NCBI GenBank assembly: GCA_032718475.1 | Contig: JAUCBJ010005423.1 | Span: 1-64,000 of the forward strand | Direction of reading: 5' to 3' | Source: Nemertoderma westbladi | Lineage: Eukaryota > Animalia > Xenacoelomorpha | Length of the DNA stretch: 64,000 nt | In this document: one piece after another, positions 15,001 through 30,000 of the stretch | Position numbering within the stretch: the stretch's first letter is position 1 | Layout of the letters: the number at the start of each line of letters is the position of its first letter | Translations under genes and position numbers: made by a program | Notes under the pieces: model-generated | What the model was told of the DNA's origin: nothing | What the model saw: the letters and a program-made list of their open reading frames with translations, nothing else | The model's database searches: none

Positions 15001-18000
15001 TCTGTTAATTAATATTCCTTGTATAACTTACATCGATGTCTGTTAATTAATATTCCTTGTATAACTTACATCGATGTCTGTTAATTAATATTCCTTGTAT
15101 AACTTACATCGATGTCTGTTAATTAATATTCCTTGTATAACTTACATCGATGTCTGTTAATTAATATTCCTTGTATAACTTACATCGATGTCTGTTAATT
15201 AATATTCCTTGTATAACTTACATCGATGTCTGTTAATTAATATTCCTTGTATAACTTACATCGATGTCTGTTAATTAATATTCCTTGTATAACTTACATC
15301 GATGTCTGTTAATTAATATTCCTTGTATAACTTACATCGATGTCTGTTAATTAATATTCCTTGTATAACTTACATCGATGTCTGTTAATTAATATTCCTT
15401 GTATAACTTACATCGATGTCTGTTAATTAATATTCCTTGTATAACTTACATCGATGTCTGTTAATTAATATTCCTTGTATAACTTACATCGATGTCTGTT
15501 AATTAATATTCCTTGTATAACTTACATCGATGTCTGTTAATTAATATTCCTTGTATAACTTACATCGATGTCTGTTAATTAATATTCCTTGTATAACTTA
15601 CATCGATGTCTGTTAATTAATATTCCTTGTATAACTTACATCGATGTCTGTTAATTAATATTCCTTGTATAACTTACATCGATGTCTGTTAATTAATATT
15701 CCTTGTATAACTTACATCGATGTCTGTTAATTAATATTCCTTGTATAACTTACATCGATGTCTGTTAATTAATATTCCTTGTATAACTTACATCGATGTC
15801 TGTTAATTAATATTCCTTGTATAACTTACATCGATGTCTGTTAATTAATATTCCTTGTATAACTTACATCGATGTCTGTTAATTAATATTCCTTGTATAA
15901 CTTACATCGATGTCTGTTAATTAATATTCCTTGTATAACTTACATCGATGTCTGTTAATTAATATTCCTTGTATAACTTACATCGATGTCTGTTAATTAA
16001 TATTCCTTGTATAACTTACATCGATGTCTGTTAATTAATATTCCTTGTATAACTTACATCGATGTCTGTTAATTAATATTCCTTGTATAACTTACATCGA
16101 TGTCTGTTAATTAATATTCCTTGTATAACTTACATCGATGTCTGTTAATTAATATTCCTTGTATAACTTACATCGATGTCTGTTAATTAATATTCCTTGT
16201 ATAACTTACATCGATGTCTGTTAATTAATATTCCTTGTATAACTTACATCGATGTCTGTTAATTAATATTCCTTGTATAACTTACATCGATGTCTGTTAA
16301 TTAATATTCCTTGTATAACTTACATCGATGTCTGTTAATTAATATTCCTTGTATAACTTACATCGATGTCTGTTAATTAATATTCCTTGTATAACTTACA
16401 TCGATGTCTGTTAATTAATATTCCTTGTATAACTTACATCGATGTCTGTTAATTAATATTCCTTGTATAACTTACATCGATGTCTGTTAATTAATATTCC
16501 TTGTATAACTTACATCGATGTCTGTTAATTAATATTCCTTGTATAACTTACATCGATGTCTGTTAATTAATATTCCTTGTATAACTTACATCGATGTCTG
16601 TTAATTAATATTCCTTGTATAACTTACATCGATGTCTGTTAATTAATATTCCTTGTATAACTTACATCGATGTCTGTTAATTAATATTCCTTGTATAACT
16701 TACATCGATGTCTGTTAATTAATATTCCTTGTATAACTTACATCGATGTCTGTTAATTAATATTCCTTGTATAACTTACATCGATGTCTGTTAATTAATA
16801 TTCCTTGTATAACTTACATCGATGTCTGTTAATTAATATTCCTTGTATAACTTACATCGATGTCTGTTAATTAATATTCCTTGTATAACTTACATCGATG
16901 TCTGTTAATTAATATTCCTTGTATAACTTACATCGATGTCTGTTAATTAATATTCCTTGTATAACTTACATCGATGTCTGTTAATTAATATTCCTTGTAT
17001 AACTTACATCGATGTCTGTTAATTAATATTCCTTGTATAACTTACATCGATGTCTGTTAATTAATATTCCTTGTATAACTTACATCGATGTCTGTTAATT
17101 AATATTCCTTGTATAACTTACATCGATGTCTGTTAATTAATATTCCTTGTATAACTTACATCGATGTCTGTTAATTAATATTCCTTGTATAACTTACATC
17201 GATGTCTGTTAATTAATATTCCTTGTATAACTTACATCGATGTCTGTTAATTAATATTCCTTGTATAACTTACATCGATGTCTGTTAATTAATATTCCTT
17301 GTATAACTTACATCGATGTCTGTTAATTAATATTCCTTGTATAACTTACATCGATGTCTGTTAATTAATATTCCTTGTATAACTTACATCGATGTCTGTT
17401 AATTAATATTCCTTGTATAACTTACATCGATGTCTGTTAATTAATATTCCTTGTATAACTTACATCGATGTCTGTTAATTAATATTCCTTGTATAACTTA
17501 CATCGATGTCTGTTAATTAATATTCCTTGTATAACTTACATCGATGTCTGTTAATTAATATTCCTTGTATAACTTACATCGATGTCTGTTAATTAATATT
17601 CCTTGTATAACTTACATCGATGTCTGTTAATTAATATTCCTTGTATAACTTACATCGATGTCTGTTAATTAATATTCCTTGTATAACTTACATCGATGTC
17701 TGTTAATTAATATTCCTTGTATAACTTACATCGATGTCTGTTAATTAATATTCCTTGTATAACTTACATCGATGTCTGTTAATTAATATTCCTTGTATAA
17801 CTTACATCGATGTCTGTTAATTAATATTCCTTGTATAACTTACATCGATGTCTGTTAATTAATATTCCTTGTATAACTTACATCGATGTCTGTTAATTAA
17901 TATTCCTTGTATAACTTACATCGATGTCTGTTAATTAATATTCCTTGTATAACTTACATCGATGTCTGTTAATTAATATTCCTTGTATAACTTACATCGA

Positions 18001-21000
18001 TGTCTGTTAATTAATATTCCTTGTATAACTTACATCGATGTCTGTTAATTAATATTCCTTGTATAACTTACATCGATGTCTGTTAATTAATATTCCTTGT
18101 ATAACTTACATCGATGTCTGTTAATTAATATTCCTTGTATAACTTACATCGATGTCTGTTAATTAATATTCCTTGTATAACTTACATCGATGTCTGTTAA
18201 TTAATATTCCTTGTATAACTTACATCGATGTCTGTTAATTAATATTCCTTGTATAACTTACATCGATGTCTGTTAATTAATATTCCTTGTATAACTTACA
18301 TCGATGTCTGTTAATTAATATTCCTTGTATAACTTACATCGATGTCTGTTAATTAATATTCCTTGTATAACTTACATCGATGTCTGTTAATTAATATTCC
18401 TTGTATAACTTACATCGATGTCTGTTAATTAATATTCCTTGTATAACTTACATCGATGTCTGTTAATTAATATTCCTTGTATAACTTACATCGATGTCTG
18501 TTAATTAATATTCCTTGTATAACTTACATCGATGTCTGTTAATTAATATTCCTTGTATAACTTACATCGATGTCTGTTAATTAATATTCCTTGTATAACT
18601 TACATCGATGTCTGTTAATTAATATTCCTTGTATAACTTACATCGATGTCTGTTAATTAATATTCCTTGTATAACTTACATCGATGTCTGTTAATTAATA
18701 TTCCTTGTATAACTTACATCGATGTCTGTTAATTAATATTCCTTGTATAACTTACATCGATGTCTGTTAATTAATATTCCTTGTATAACTTACATCGATG
18801 TCTGTTAATTAATATTCCTTGTATAACTTACATCGATGTCTGTTAATTAATATTCCTTGTATAACTTACATCGATGTCTGTTAATTAATATTCCTTGTAT
18901 AACTTACATCGATGTCTGTTAATTAATATTCCTTGTATAACTTACATCGATGTCTGTTAATTAATATTCCTTGTATAACTTACATCGATGTCTGTTAATT
19001 AATATTCCTTGTATAACTTACATCGATGTCTGTTAATTAATATTCCTTGTATAACTTACATCGATGTCTGTTAATTAATATTCCTTGTATAACTTACATC
19101 GATGTCTGTTAATTAATATTCCTTGTATAACTTACATCGATGTCTGTTAATTAATATTCCTTGTATAACTTACATCGATATCTGTTAATTAATATTCCTT
19201 GTATAACTTACATCGATGTCTGTTAATTAATATTCCTTGTATAACTTACATCGATGTCTGTTAATTAATATTCCTTGTATAACTTACATCAATATCTGTT
19301 AATTAATATTCCTTGTATAACTTACATCGATGTCTGTTAATTAATATTCCTTGTATAACTTACATCGATGTCTGTTAATTAATATTCCTTGTATAACTTA
19401 CATCGATGTCTGTTAATTAATATTCCTTGTATAACTTACATCAATATCTGTTAATTAATATTCCTTGTATAACTTACATCGATGTCTGTTAATTAATATT
19501 CCTTGTATAACTTACATCGATGTCTGTTAATTAATATTCCTTGTATAACTTACATCAATATCTGTTAATTAATATTCCTTGTATAACTTACATCAATATC
19601 TGTTAATTAATATTCCTTGTATAACTTACATCGATGTCTGTTAATTAATATTCCTTGTATAACTTACATCAATATCTGTTAATTAATATTCCTTGTATAA
19701 CTTACATCGATGTCTGTTAATTAATATTCCTTGTATAACTTACATCGATGTCTGTTAATTAATATTCCTTGTATAACTTACATCGATGTCTGTTAATTAA
19801 TATTCCTTGTATAACTTACATCGATGTCTGTTAATTAATATTCCTTGTATAACTTACATCGATGTCTGTTAATTAATATTCCTTGTATAACTTACATCAA
19901 TATCTGTTAATTAATATTCCTTGTATAACTTACGTCGATGTCTGTTAATTAATATTCCTTGTATAACTTACATCGATGTCTGTTAATTAATATTCCTTGT
20001 ATAACTTACATCGATGTCTGTTAATTAATATTCCTTGTATAACTTACATCGATGTCTGTTAATTAATATTCCTTGTATAACTTACATCGATGTCTGTTAA
20101 TTAATATTCCTTGTATAACTTACATCGATGTCTGTTAATTAATATTCCTTGTATAACTTACATCGATGTCTGTTAATTAATATTCCTTGTATAACTTACA
20201 TCGATGTCTGTTAATTAATATTCCTTGTATAACTTACGTCGATGTCTGTTAATTAATATTCCTTGTATAACTTACATCAATATCTGTTAATTAATATTCC
20301 TTGTATAACTTACGTCTGTTAATTAATATTCCTTGTATAACTTACATCGATGTCTGTTAATTAATATTCCTTGTATAACTTACATCGATGTCTGTTAATT
20401 AATATTCCTTGTATAACTTACATCAATATCTGTTAATTAATATTCCTTGTATAACTTACGTCGATGTCTGTTAATTAATATTCCTTGTATAACTTACATC
20501 AATATCTGTTAATTAATATTCCTTGTATAACTTACATCTGTTAATTAATATTCCTTGTATAACTTACATCAATATCTGTTAATTAATATTCCTTGTATAA
20601 CTTACATCGATGTCTGTTAATTAATATTCCTTGTATAACTTACGTCTGTTAATTAATATTCCTTGTATAACTTACATCGATGTCTGTTAATTAATATTCC
20701 TTGTATAACTTACGTCTGTTAATTAATATTCCTTGTATAACTTACATCAATATCTGTTAATTAATATTCCTTGTATAACTTACATCGATGTCTGTTAATT
20801 AATATTCCTTGTATAACTTACGTCTGTTAATTAATATTCCTTGTATAACTTACATCGATGTCTGTTAATTAATATTCCTTGTATAACTTACATCAATATC
20901 TGTTAATTAATATTCCTTGTATAACTTACATCTGTTAATTAATATTCCTTGTATAACTTACATCAATATCTGTTAATTAATATTCCTTGTATAACTTACA

Positions 21001-24000
21001 TCGATGTCTGTTAATTAATATTCCTTGTATAACTTACGTCTGTTAATTAATATTCCTTGTATAACTTACGTCAATGTCTGTTAATTAATATTCCTTGTAT
21101 AACTTACGTCAATGTCTGTTAATTAATATTCCTTGTATAACTTACGTCTGTTAATTAATATTCCTTGTATAACTTACGTCAATGTCTGTTAATTAATATT
21201 CCTTGTATAACTTACGTCTGTTAATTAATATTCCTTGTATAACTTACATCGATGTCTGTTAATTAATATTCCTTGTATAACTTACATCGATGTCTATTAA
21301 TTAATATTCCTTGTATAACTTACATCGATATCTGTTAATTAATATTCCTTGTATAACTTACGTCTGTTAATTAATATTCCTTGTATAACTTACGTCTGTT
21401 AATTAATATTCCTTGTATAACTTACGTCAATGTCTGTTAATTAATATTCCTTGTATAACTTACGTCAATGTCTGTTAATTAATATTCCTTGTATAACTTA
21501 CGTCTGTTAATTAATATTCCTTGTATAACTTACGTCAATGTCTGTTAATTAATATTCCTTGTATAACTTACGTCTGTTAATTAATATTCCTTGTATAACT
21601 TACATCGATGTCTGTTAATTAATATTCCTTGTATAACTTACATCGATGTCTATTAATTAATATTCCTTGTATAACTTACATCGATATCTGTTAATTAATA
21701 TTCCTTGTATAACTTACGTCTGTTAATTAATATTCCTTGTATAACTTACGTCAATGTCTGTTAATTAATATTCCTTGTATAACTTACGTCTGTTAATTAA
21801 TATTCCTTGTATAACTTACGTCAATGTCTGTTAATTAATATTCCTTGTATAACTTACGTCTGTTAATTAATATTCCTTGTATAACTTACATCGATGTCTA
21901 TTAATTAATATTCCTTGTATAACTTACATCGATATCTGTTAATTAATATTCCTTGTATAACTTACGTCTGTTAATTAATATTCCTTGTATAACTTACGTC
22001 TGTTAATTAATATTCCTTGTATAACTTACGTCAATGTCTGTTAATTAATATTCCTTGTATAACTTACGTCAATGTCTGTTAATTAATATTCCTTGTATAA
22101 CTTACGTCTGTTAATTAATATTCCTTGTATAACTTACGTCAATGTCTGTTAATTAATATTCCTTGTATAACTTACGTCTGTTAATTAATATTCCTTGTAT
22201 AACTTACATCGATGTCTGTTAATTAATATTCCTTGTATAACTTACATCGATGTCTATTAATTAATATTCCTTGTATAACTTACATCGATATCTGTTAATT
22301 AATATTCCTTGTATAACTTACGTCTGTTAATTAATATTCCTTGTATAACTTACGTCAATGTCTGTTAATTAATATTCCTTGTATAACTTACGTCAATGTC
22401 TGTTAATTAATATTCCTTGTATAACTTACGTCTGTTAATTAATATTCCTTGTATAACTTACGTCAATGTCTGTTAATTAATATTCCTTGTATAACTTACG
22501 TCTGTTAATTAATATTCCTTGTATAACTTACATCGATGTCTGTTAATTAATATTCCTTGTATAACTTACATCGATGTCTGTTAATTAATATTCCTTGTAT
22601 AACTTACATCAATATCTGTTAATTAATATTCCTTGTATAACTTACGTCTGTAAATTAATATTCCTTGTATAACTTACATCGATGTCTGTTAATTAATATT
22701 CCTTGTATAACTTACATCGACGTCTGTTAATTAATATTCCTTGTATAACTTACATCAATGTCTGTTAATTAATATTCCTTGTATAACTTATATCGATGTC
22801 TGTTAATTAATATTCCTTGTATAACTTACATCAATGTCTGTTAATTAATATTCCTTGTATAACTTATATCGATGTCTGTTAATTAATATTCCTTGTATAA
22901 CTTACATCGATGTCTGTTAATTAATATTCCTTGTATAACTTACATCGATGTCTGTTAATTAATATTCCTTGTATAACTTACATCAATATCTGTTAATTAA
23001 TATTCCTTGTATAACTTACATCAATGTCTGTTAATTAATATTCCTTGTATAACTTATATCGATGTCTGTTAATTAATATTCCTTGTATAACTTATATCGA
23101 TGTCTGTTAATTAATATTCCTTGTATAACTTACATCAATGTCTGTTAATTAATATTCCTTGTATAACTTACATCGACGTCTGTTAATTAATATTCCTTGT
23201 ATAACTTACATCAATGTCTGTTAATTAATATTCCTTGTATAACTTATATCGATGTCTGTTAATTAATATTCCTTGTATAACTTACATCAATGTCTGTTAA
23301 TTAATATTCCTTGTATAACTTATATCGATGTCTGTTAATTAATATTCCTTGTATAACTTACATCGATGTCTGTTAATTAATATTCCTTGTATAACTTACA
23401 TCGATGTCTGTTAATTAATATTCCTTGTATAACTTACATCAATATCTGTTAATTAATATTCCTTGTATAACTTACATCAATGTCTGTTAATTAATATTCC
23501 TTGTATAACTTACATCGATGTCTGTTAATTAATATTCCTTGTATAACTTATATCGATGTCTGTTAATTAATATTCCTTGTATAACTTACATCAATGTCTG
23601 TTAATTAATATTCCTTGTATAACTTATATCGATGTCTGTTAATTAATATTCCTTGTATAACTTACATCGATGTCTGTTAATTAATATTCCTTGTATAACT
23701 TACATCGATGTCTGTTAATTAATATTCCTTGTATAACTTACGTCTGTTAATTAATATTCCTTGTATAACTTACATCGATGTCTGTTAATTAATATTCCTT
23801 GTATAACTTACGTCTGTTAATTAATATTCCTTGTATAACTTACATCAATATCTGTTAATTAATATTCCTTGTATAACTTACATCAATATCTGTTAATTAA
23901 TATTCCTTGTATAACTTACGTCTGTAAATTAATATTCCTTGTATAACTTACATCGATGTCTGTTAATTAATATTCCTTGTATAACTTACGTCTGTTAATT

Positions 24001-27000
24001 AATATTCCTTGTATAACTTACATCAATATCTGTTAATTAATATTCCTTGTATAACTTACATCGATGTCTGTTAATTAATATTCCTTGTATAACTTACGTC
24101 TGTTAATTAATATTCCTTGTATAACTTACATCGATGTCTGTTAATTAATATTCCTTGTATAACTTACGTCTGTTAATTAATATTCCTTGTATAACTTACA
24201 TCGATGTCTGTTAATTAATATTCCTTGTATAACTTACATCAATATCTGTTAATTAATATTCCTTGTATAACTTACGTCTGTTAATTAATATTCCTTGTAT
24301 AACTTACGTCAATGTCTGTTAATTAATATTCCTTGTATAACTTACATCGATGTCTGTTAATTAATATTCCTTGTATAACTTACGTCTGTTAATTAATATT
24401 CCTTGTATAACTTACATCGATGTCTGTTAATTAATATTCCTTGTATAACTTACGTCTGTTAATTAATATTCCTTGTATAACTTACGTCAATGTCTGTTAA
24501 TTAATATTCCTTGTATAACTTACATCGATGTCTGTTAATAAATATTCCTTGTATAACTTACGTCTGTTAATTAATATTCCTTGTATAACTTACATCAATA
24601 TCTGTTAATTAATATTCCTTGTATAACTTACATCGATGTCTGTTAATAAATATTCCTTGTATAACTTACGTCTGTTAATTAATATTCCTTGTATAACTTA
24701 CATCAATATCTGTTAATTAATATTCCTTGTATAACTTACATCGATGTCTGTTAATTAATATTCCTTGTATAACTTACATCGATGTCTGTTAATTAATATT
24801 CCTTGTATAACTTACGTCTGTTAATTAATATTCCTTGTATAACTTACGTCAATGTCTGTTAATTAATATTCCTTGTATAACTTACATCTGTTAATAAATA
24901 TTCCTTGTATAACTTACATCGATGTCTATTAATTAATATTCCTTGTATAACTTACATCGATGTCTGTTAATTAATATTCCTTGTATAACTTACATCAATA
25001 TCTGTTAATTAATATTCCTTGTATAACTTACATCAATATCTGTTAATTAATATTCCTTGTATAACTTACGTCTGTTAATTAATATTCCTTGTATAACTTA
25101 CATCGATGTCTGTTAATTAATATTCCTTGTATAACTTACATCGATGTCTGTTAATTAATATTCCTTGTATAACTTACGTCTGTTAATTAATATTCCTTGT
25201 ATAACTTACGTCAATGTCTGTTAATTAATATTCCTTGTATAACTTACGTCTGTTAATTAATATTCCTTGTATAACTTACATCGATGTCTGTTAATTAATA
25301 TTCCTTGTATAACTTACATCAATATCTGTTAATTAATATTCCTTGTATAACTTACGTCTGTTAATTAATATTCCTTGTATAACTTACATCGATGTCTGTT
25401 AATTAATATTCCTTGTATAACTTACATCAATATCTGTTAATTAATATTCCTTGTATAACTTACGTCTGTTAATTAATATTCCTTGTATAACTTACATCGA
25501 TGTCTGTTAATTAATATTCCTTGTATAACTTACATCAATATCTGTTAATTAATATTCCTTGTATAACTTACGTCTGTTAATTAATATTCCTTGTATAACT
25601 TACATCGATGTCTGTTAATTAATATTCCTTGTATAACTTACGTCTGTTAATTAATATTCCTTGTATAACTTACATCGATGTCTGTTAATTAATATTCCTT
25701 GTATAACTTACATCAATATCTGTTAATTAATATTCCTTGTATAACTTACGTCTGTTAATTAATATTCCTTGTATAACTTACATCGATGTCTGTTAATTAA
25801 TATTCCTTGTATAACTTACATCAATATCTGTTAATTAATATTCCTTGTATAACTTACGTCTGTTAATTAATATTCCTTGTATAACTTACATCGATGTCTG
25901 TTAATTAATATTCCTTGTATAACTTACATCGATGTCTGTTAATTAATATTCCTTGTATAACTTACGTCTGTTAATTAATATTCCTTGTATAACTTACGTC
26001 AATGTCTGTTAATTAATATTCCTTGTATAACTTACGTCTGTTAATTAATATTCCTTGTATAACTTACATCGATGTCTGTTAATTAATATTCCTTGTATAA
26101 CTTACATCAATATCTGTTAATTAATATTCCTTGTATAACTTACGTCTGTTAATTAATATTCCTTGTATAACTTACATCGATGTCTGTTAATTAATATTCC
26201 TTGTATAACTTACGTCTGTTAATTAATATTCCTTGTATAACTTACGTCTGTTAATTAATATTCCTTGTATAACTTACATCGATGTCTGTTAATTAATATT
26301 CCTTGTATAACTTACGTCTGTTAATTAATATTCCTTGTATAACTTACGTCAATGTCTGTTAATTAATATTCCTTGTATAACTTACGTCTGTTAATTAATA
26401 TTCCTTGTATAACTTACATCGATGTCTGTTAATTAATATTCCTTGTATAACTTACATCAATATCTGTTAATTAATATTCCTTGTATAACTTACGTCTGTT
26501 AATTAATATTCCTTGTATAACTTACATCGATGTCTGTTAATTAATATTCCTTGTATAACTTACATCAATATCTGTTAATTAATATTCCTTGTATAACTTA
26601 CATCGATGTCTGTTAATTAATATTCCTTGTATAACTTACATCGATGTCTGTTAATTAATATTCCTTGTATAACTTACATCGATGTCTGTTAATTAATATT
26701 CCTTGTATAACTTACATCGATGTCTGTTAATTAATATTCCTTGTATAACTTACATCGATGTCTGTTAATTAATATTCCTTGTATAACTTACATCGATGTC
26801 TGTTAATTAATATTCCTTGTATAACTTACATCGATGTCTGTTAATTAATATTCCTTGTATAACTTACGTCGATGTCTGTTAATTAATATTCCTTGTATAA
26901 CTTACATCGATGTCTGTTAATTAATATTCCTTGTATAACTTACATCGATGTCTGTTAATTAATATTCCTTGTATAACTTACGTCTGTTAATTAATATTCC

Positions 27001-30000
27001 TTGTATAACTTACATCGATGTCTGTTAATTAATATTCCTTGTATAACTTACATCGATGTCTGTTAATTAATATTCCTTGTATAACTTACGTCTGTTAATT
27101 AATATTCCTTGTATAACTTACATCGATGTCTGTTAATTAATATTCCTTGTATAACTTACATCGATGTCTGTTAATTAATATTCCTTGTATAACTTACGTC
27201 TGTTAATTAATATTCCTTGTATAACTTACATCAATGTCTGTTAATTAATATTCCTTGTATAACTTACGTCTGTTAATTAATATTCCTTGTATAACTTACA
27301 TCGATGTCTGTTAATTAATATTCCTTGTATAACTTACATCGATATCTGTTAATTAATATTCCTTGTATAACTTACGTCTGTTAATTAATATTCCTTGTAT
27401 AACTTACATCGATGTCTGTTAATTAATATTCCTTGTATAACTTACATCAATATCTGTTAATTAATATTCCTTGTATAACTTACATCGATGTCTGTTAATT
27501 AATATTCCTTGTATAACTTACATCGATGTCTGTTAATTAATATTCCTTGTATAACTTACGTCTGTTAATTAATATTCCTTGTATAACTTACATCGATGTC
27601 TGTTAATTAATATTCCTTGTATAACTTACGTCTGTTAATTAATATTCCTTGTATAACTTACATCAATGTCTGTTAATTAATATTCCTTGTATAACTTACA
27701 TCAATATCTGTTAATTAATATTCCTTGTATAACTTACATCGATGTCTGTTAATTAATATTCCTTGTATAACTTACGTCTGTTAATTAATATTCCTTGTAT
27801 AACTTACATCGATGTCTGTTAATTAATATTCCTTGTATAACTTACATCGATGTCTGTTAATTAATATTCCTTGTATAACTTACATCGATGTCTGTTAATT
27901 AATATTCCTTGTATAACTTACGTCTGTTAATTAATATTCCTTGTATAACTTACATCGATGTCTGTTAATTAATATTCCTTGTATAACTTACATCGATGTC
28001 TGTTAATTAATATTCCTTGTATAACTTACATCGATGTCTGTTAATTAATATTCCTTGTATAACTTACATCGATGTCTGTTAATTAATATTCCTTGTATAA
28101 CTTACATCAATATCTGTTAATTAATATTCCTTGTATAACTTACATCGATGTCTGTTAATTAATATTCCTTGTATAACTTACATCGATGTCTGTTAATTAA
28201 TATTCCTTGTATAACTTACGTCTGTTAATTAATATTCCTTGTATAACTTACATCGATGTCTGTTAATTAATATTCCTTGTATAACTTACGTCTGTTAATT
28301 AATATTCCTTGTATAACTTACATCAATGTCTGTTAATTAATATTCCTTGTATAACTTACATCAATGTCTGTTAATTAATATTCCTTGTATAACTTACATC
28401 GATGTCTGTTAATTAATATTCCTTGTATAACTTACGTCTGTTAATTAATATTCCTTGTATAACTTACATCGATGTCTGTTAATTAATATTCCTTGTATAA
28501 CTTACATCGATGTCTGTTAATTAATATTCCTTGTATAACTTACATCGATGTCTGTTAATTAATATTCCTTGTATAACTTACGTCTGTTAATTAATATTCC
28601 TTGTATAACTTACATCGATGTCTGTTAATTAATATTCCTTGTATAACTTACATCGATGTCTGTTAATTAATATTCCTTGTATAACTTACATCGATGTCTG
28701 TTAATTAATATTCCTTGTATAACTTACATCGATGTCTGTTAATTAATATTCCTTGTATAACTTACATCAATATCTGTTAATTAATATTCCTTGTATAACT
28801 TACATCGATGTCTGTTAATTAATATTCCTTGTATAACTTACATCGATGTCTGTTAATTAATATTCCTTGTATAACTTACGTCTGTTAATTAATATTCCTT
28901 GTATAACTTACATCGATGTCTGTTAATTAATATTCCTTGTATAACTTACATCGATGTCTGTTAATTAATATTCCTTGTATAACTTACGTCTGTTAATTAA
29001 TATTCCTTGTATAACTTACATCGATGTCTGTTAATTAATATTCCTTGTATAACTTACATCGATGTCTGTTAATTAATATTCCTTGTATAACTTACGTCTG
29101 TTAATTAATATTCCTTGTATAACTTACATCGATGTCTGTTAATTAATATTCCTTGTATAACTTACATCAATATCTGTTAATTAATATTCCTTGTATAACT
29201 TACATCGATGTCTGTTAATTAATATTCCTTGTATAACTTACCGTCTGTTAATTAATATTCCTTGTATAACTTACATCGATGTCTGTTAATTAATATTCCT
29301 TGTATAACTTACATCGATGTCTGTTAATTAATATTCCTTGTATAACTTACATCGATGTCTGTTAATTAATATTCCTTGTATAACTTACGTCTGTTAATTA
29401 ATATTCCTTGTATAACTTACATCGATGTCTGTTAATTAATATTCCTTGTATAACTTACATCGATGTCTGTTAATTAATATTCCTTGTATAACTTACATCG
29501 ATGTCTGTTAATTAATATTCCTTGTATAACTTACATCGATGTCTGTTAATTAATATTCCTTGTATAACTTACATCGATGTCTGTTAATTAATATTCCTTG
29601 TATAACTTACATCGATGTCTGTTAATTAATATTCCTTGTATAACTTACATCGATGTCTGTTAATTAATATTCCTTGTATAACTTACATCGATGTCTGTTA
29701 ATTAATATTCCTTGTATAACTTACATCGATGTCTGTTAATTAATATTCCTTGTATAACTTACATCGATGTCTGTTAATTAATATTCCTTGTATAACTTAC
29801 ATCGATGTCTGTTAATTAATATTCCTTGTATAACTTACATCGATGTCTGTTAATTAATATTCCTTGTATAACTTACATCGATGTCTGTTAATTAATATTC
29901 CTTGTATAACTTACATCGATGTCTGTTAATTAATATTCCTTGTATAACTTACATCGATGTCTGTTAATTAATATTCCTTGTATAACTTACATCGATGTCT

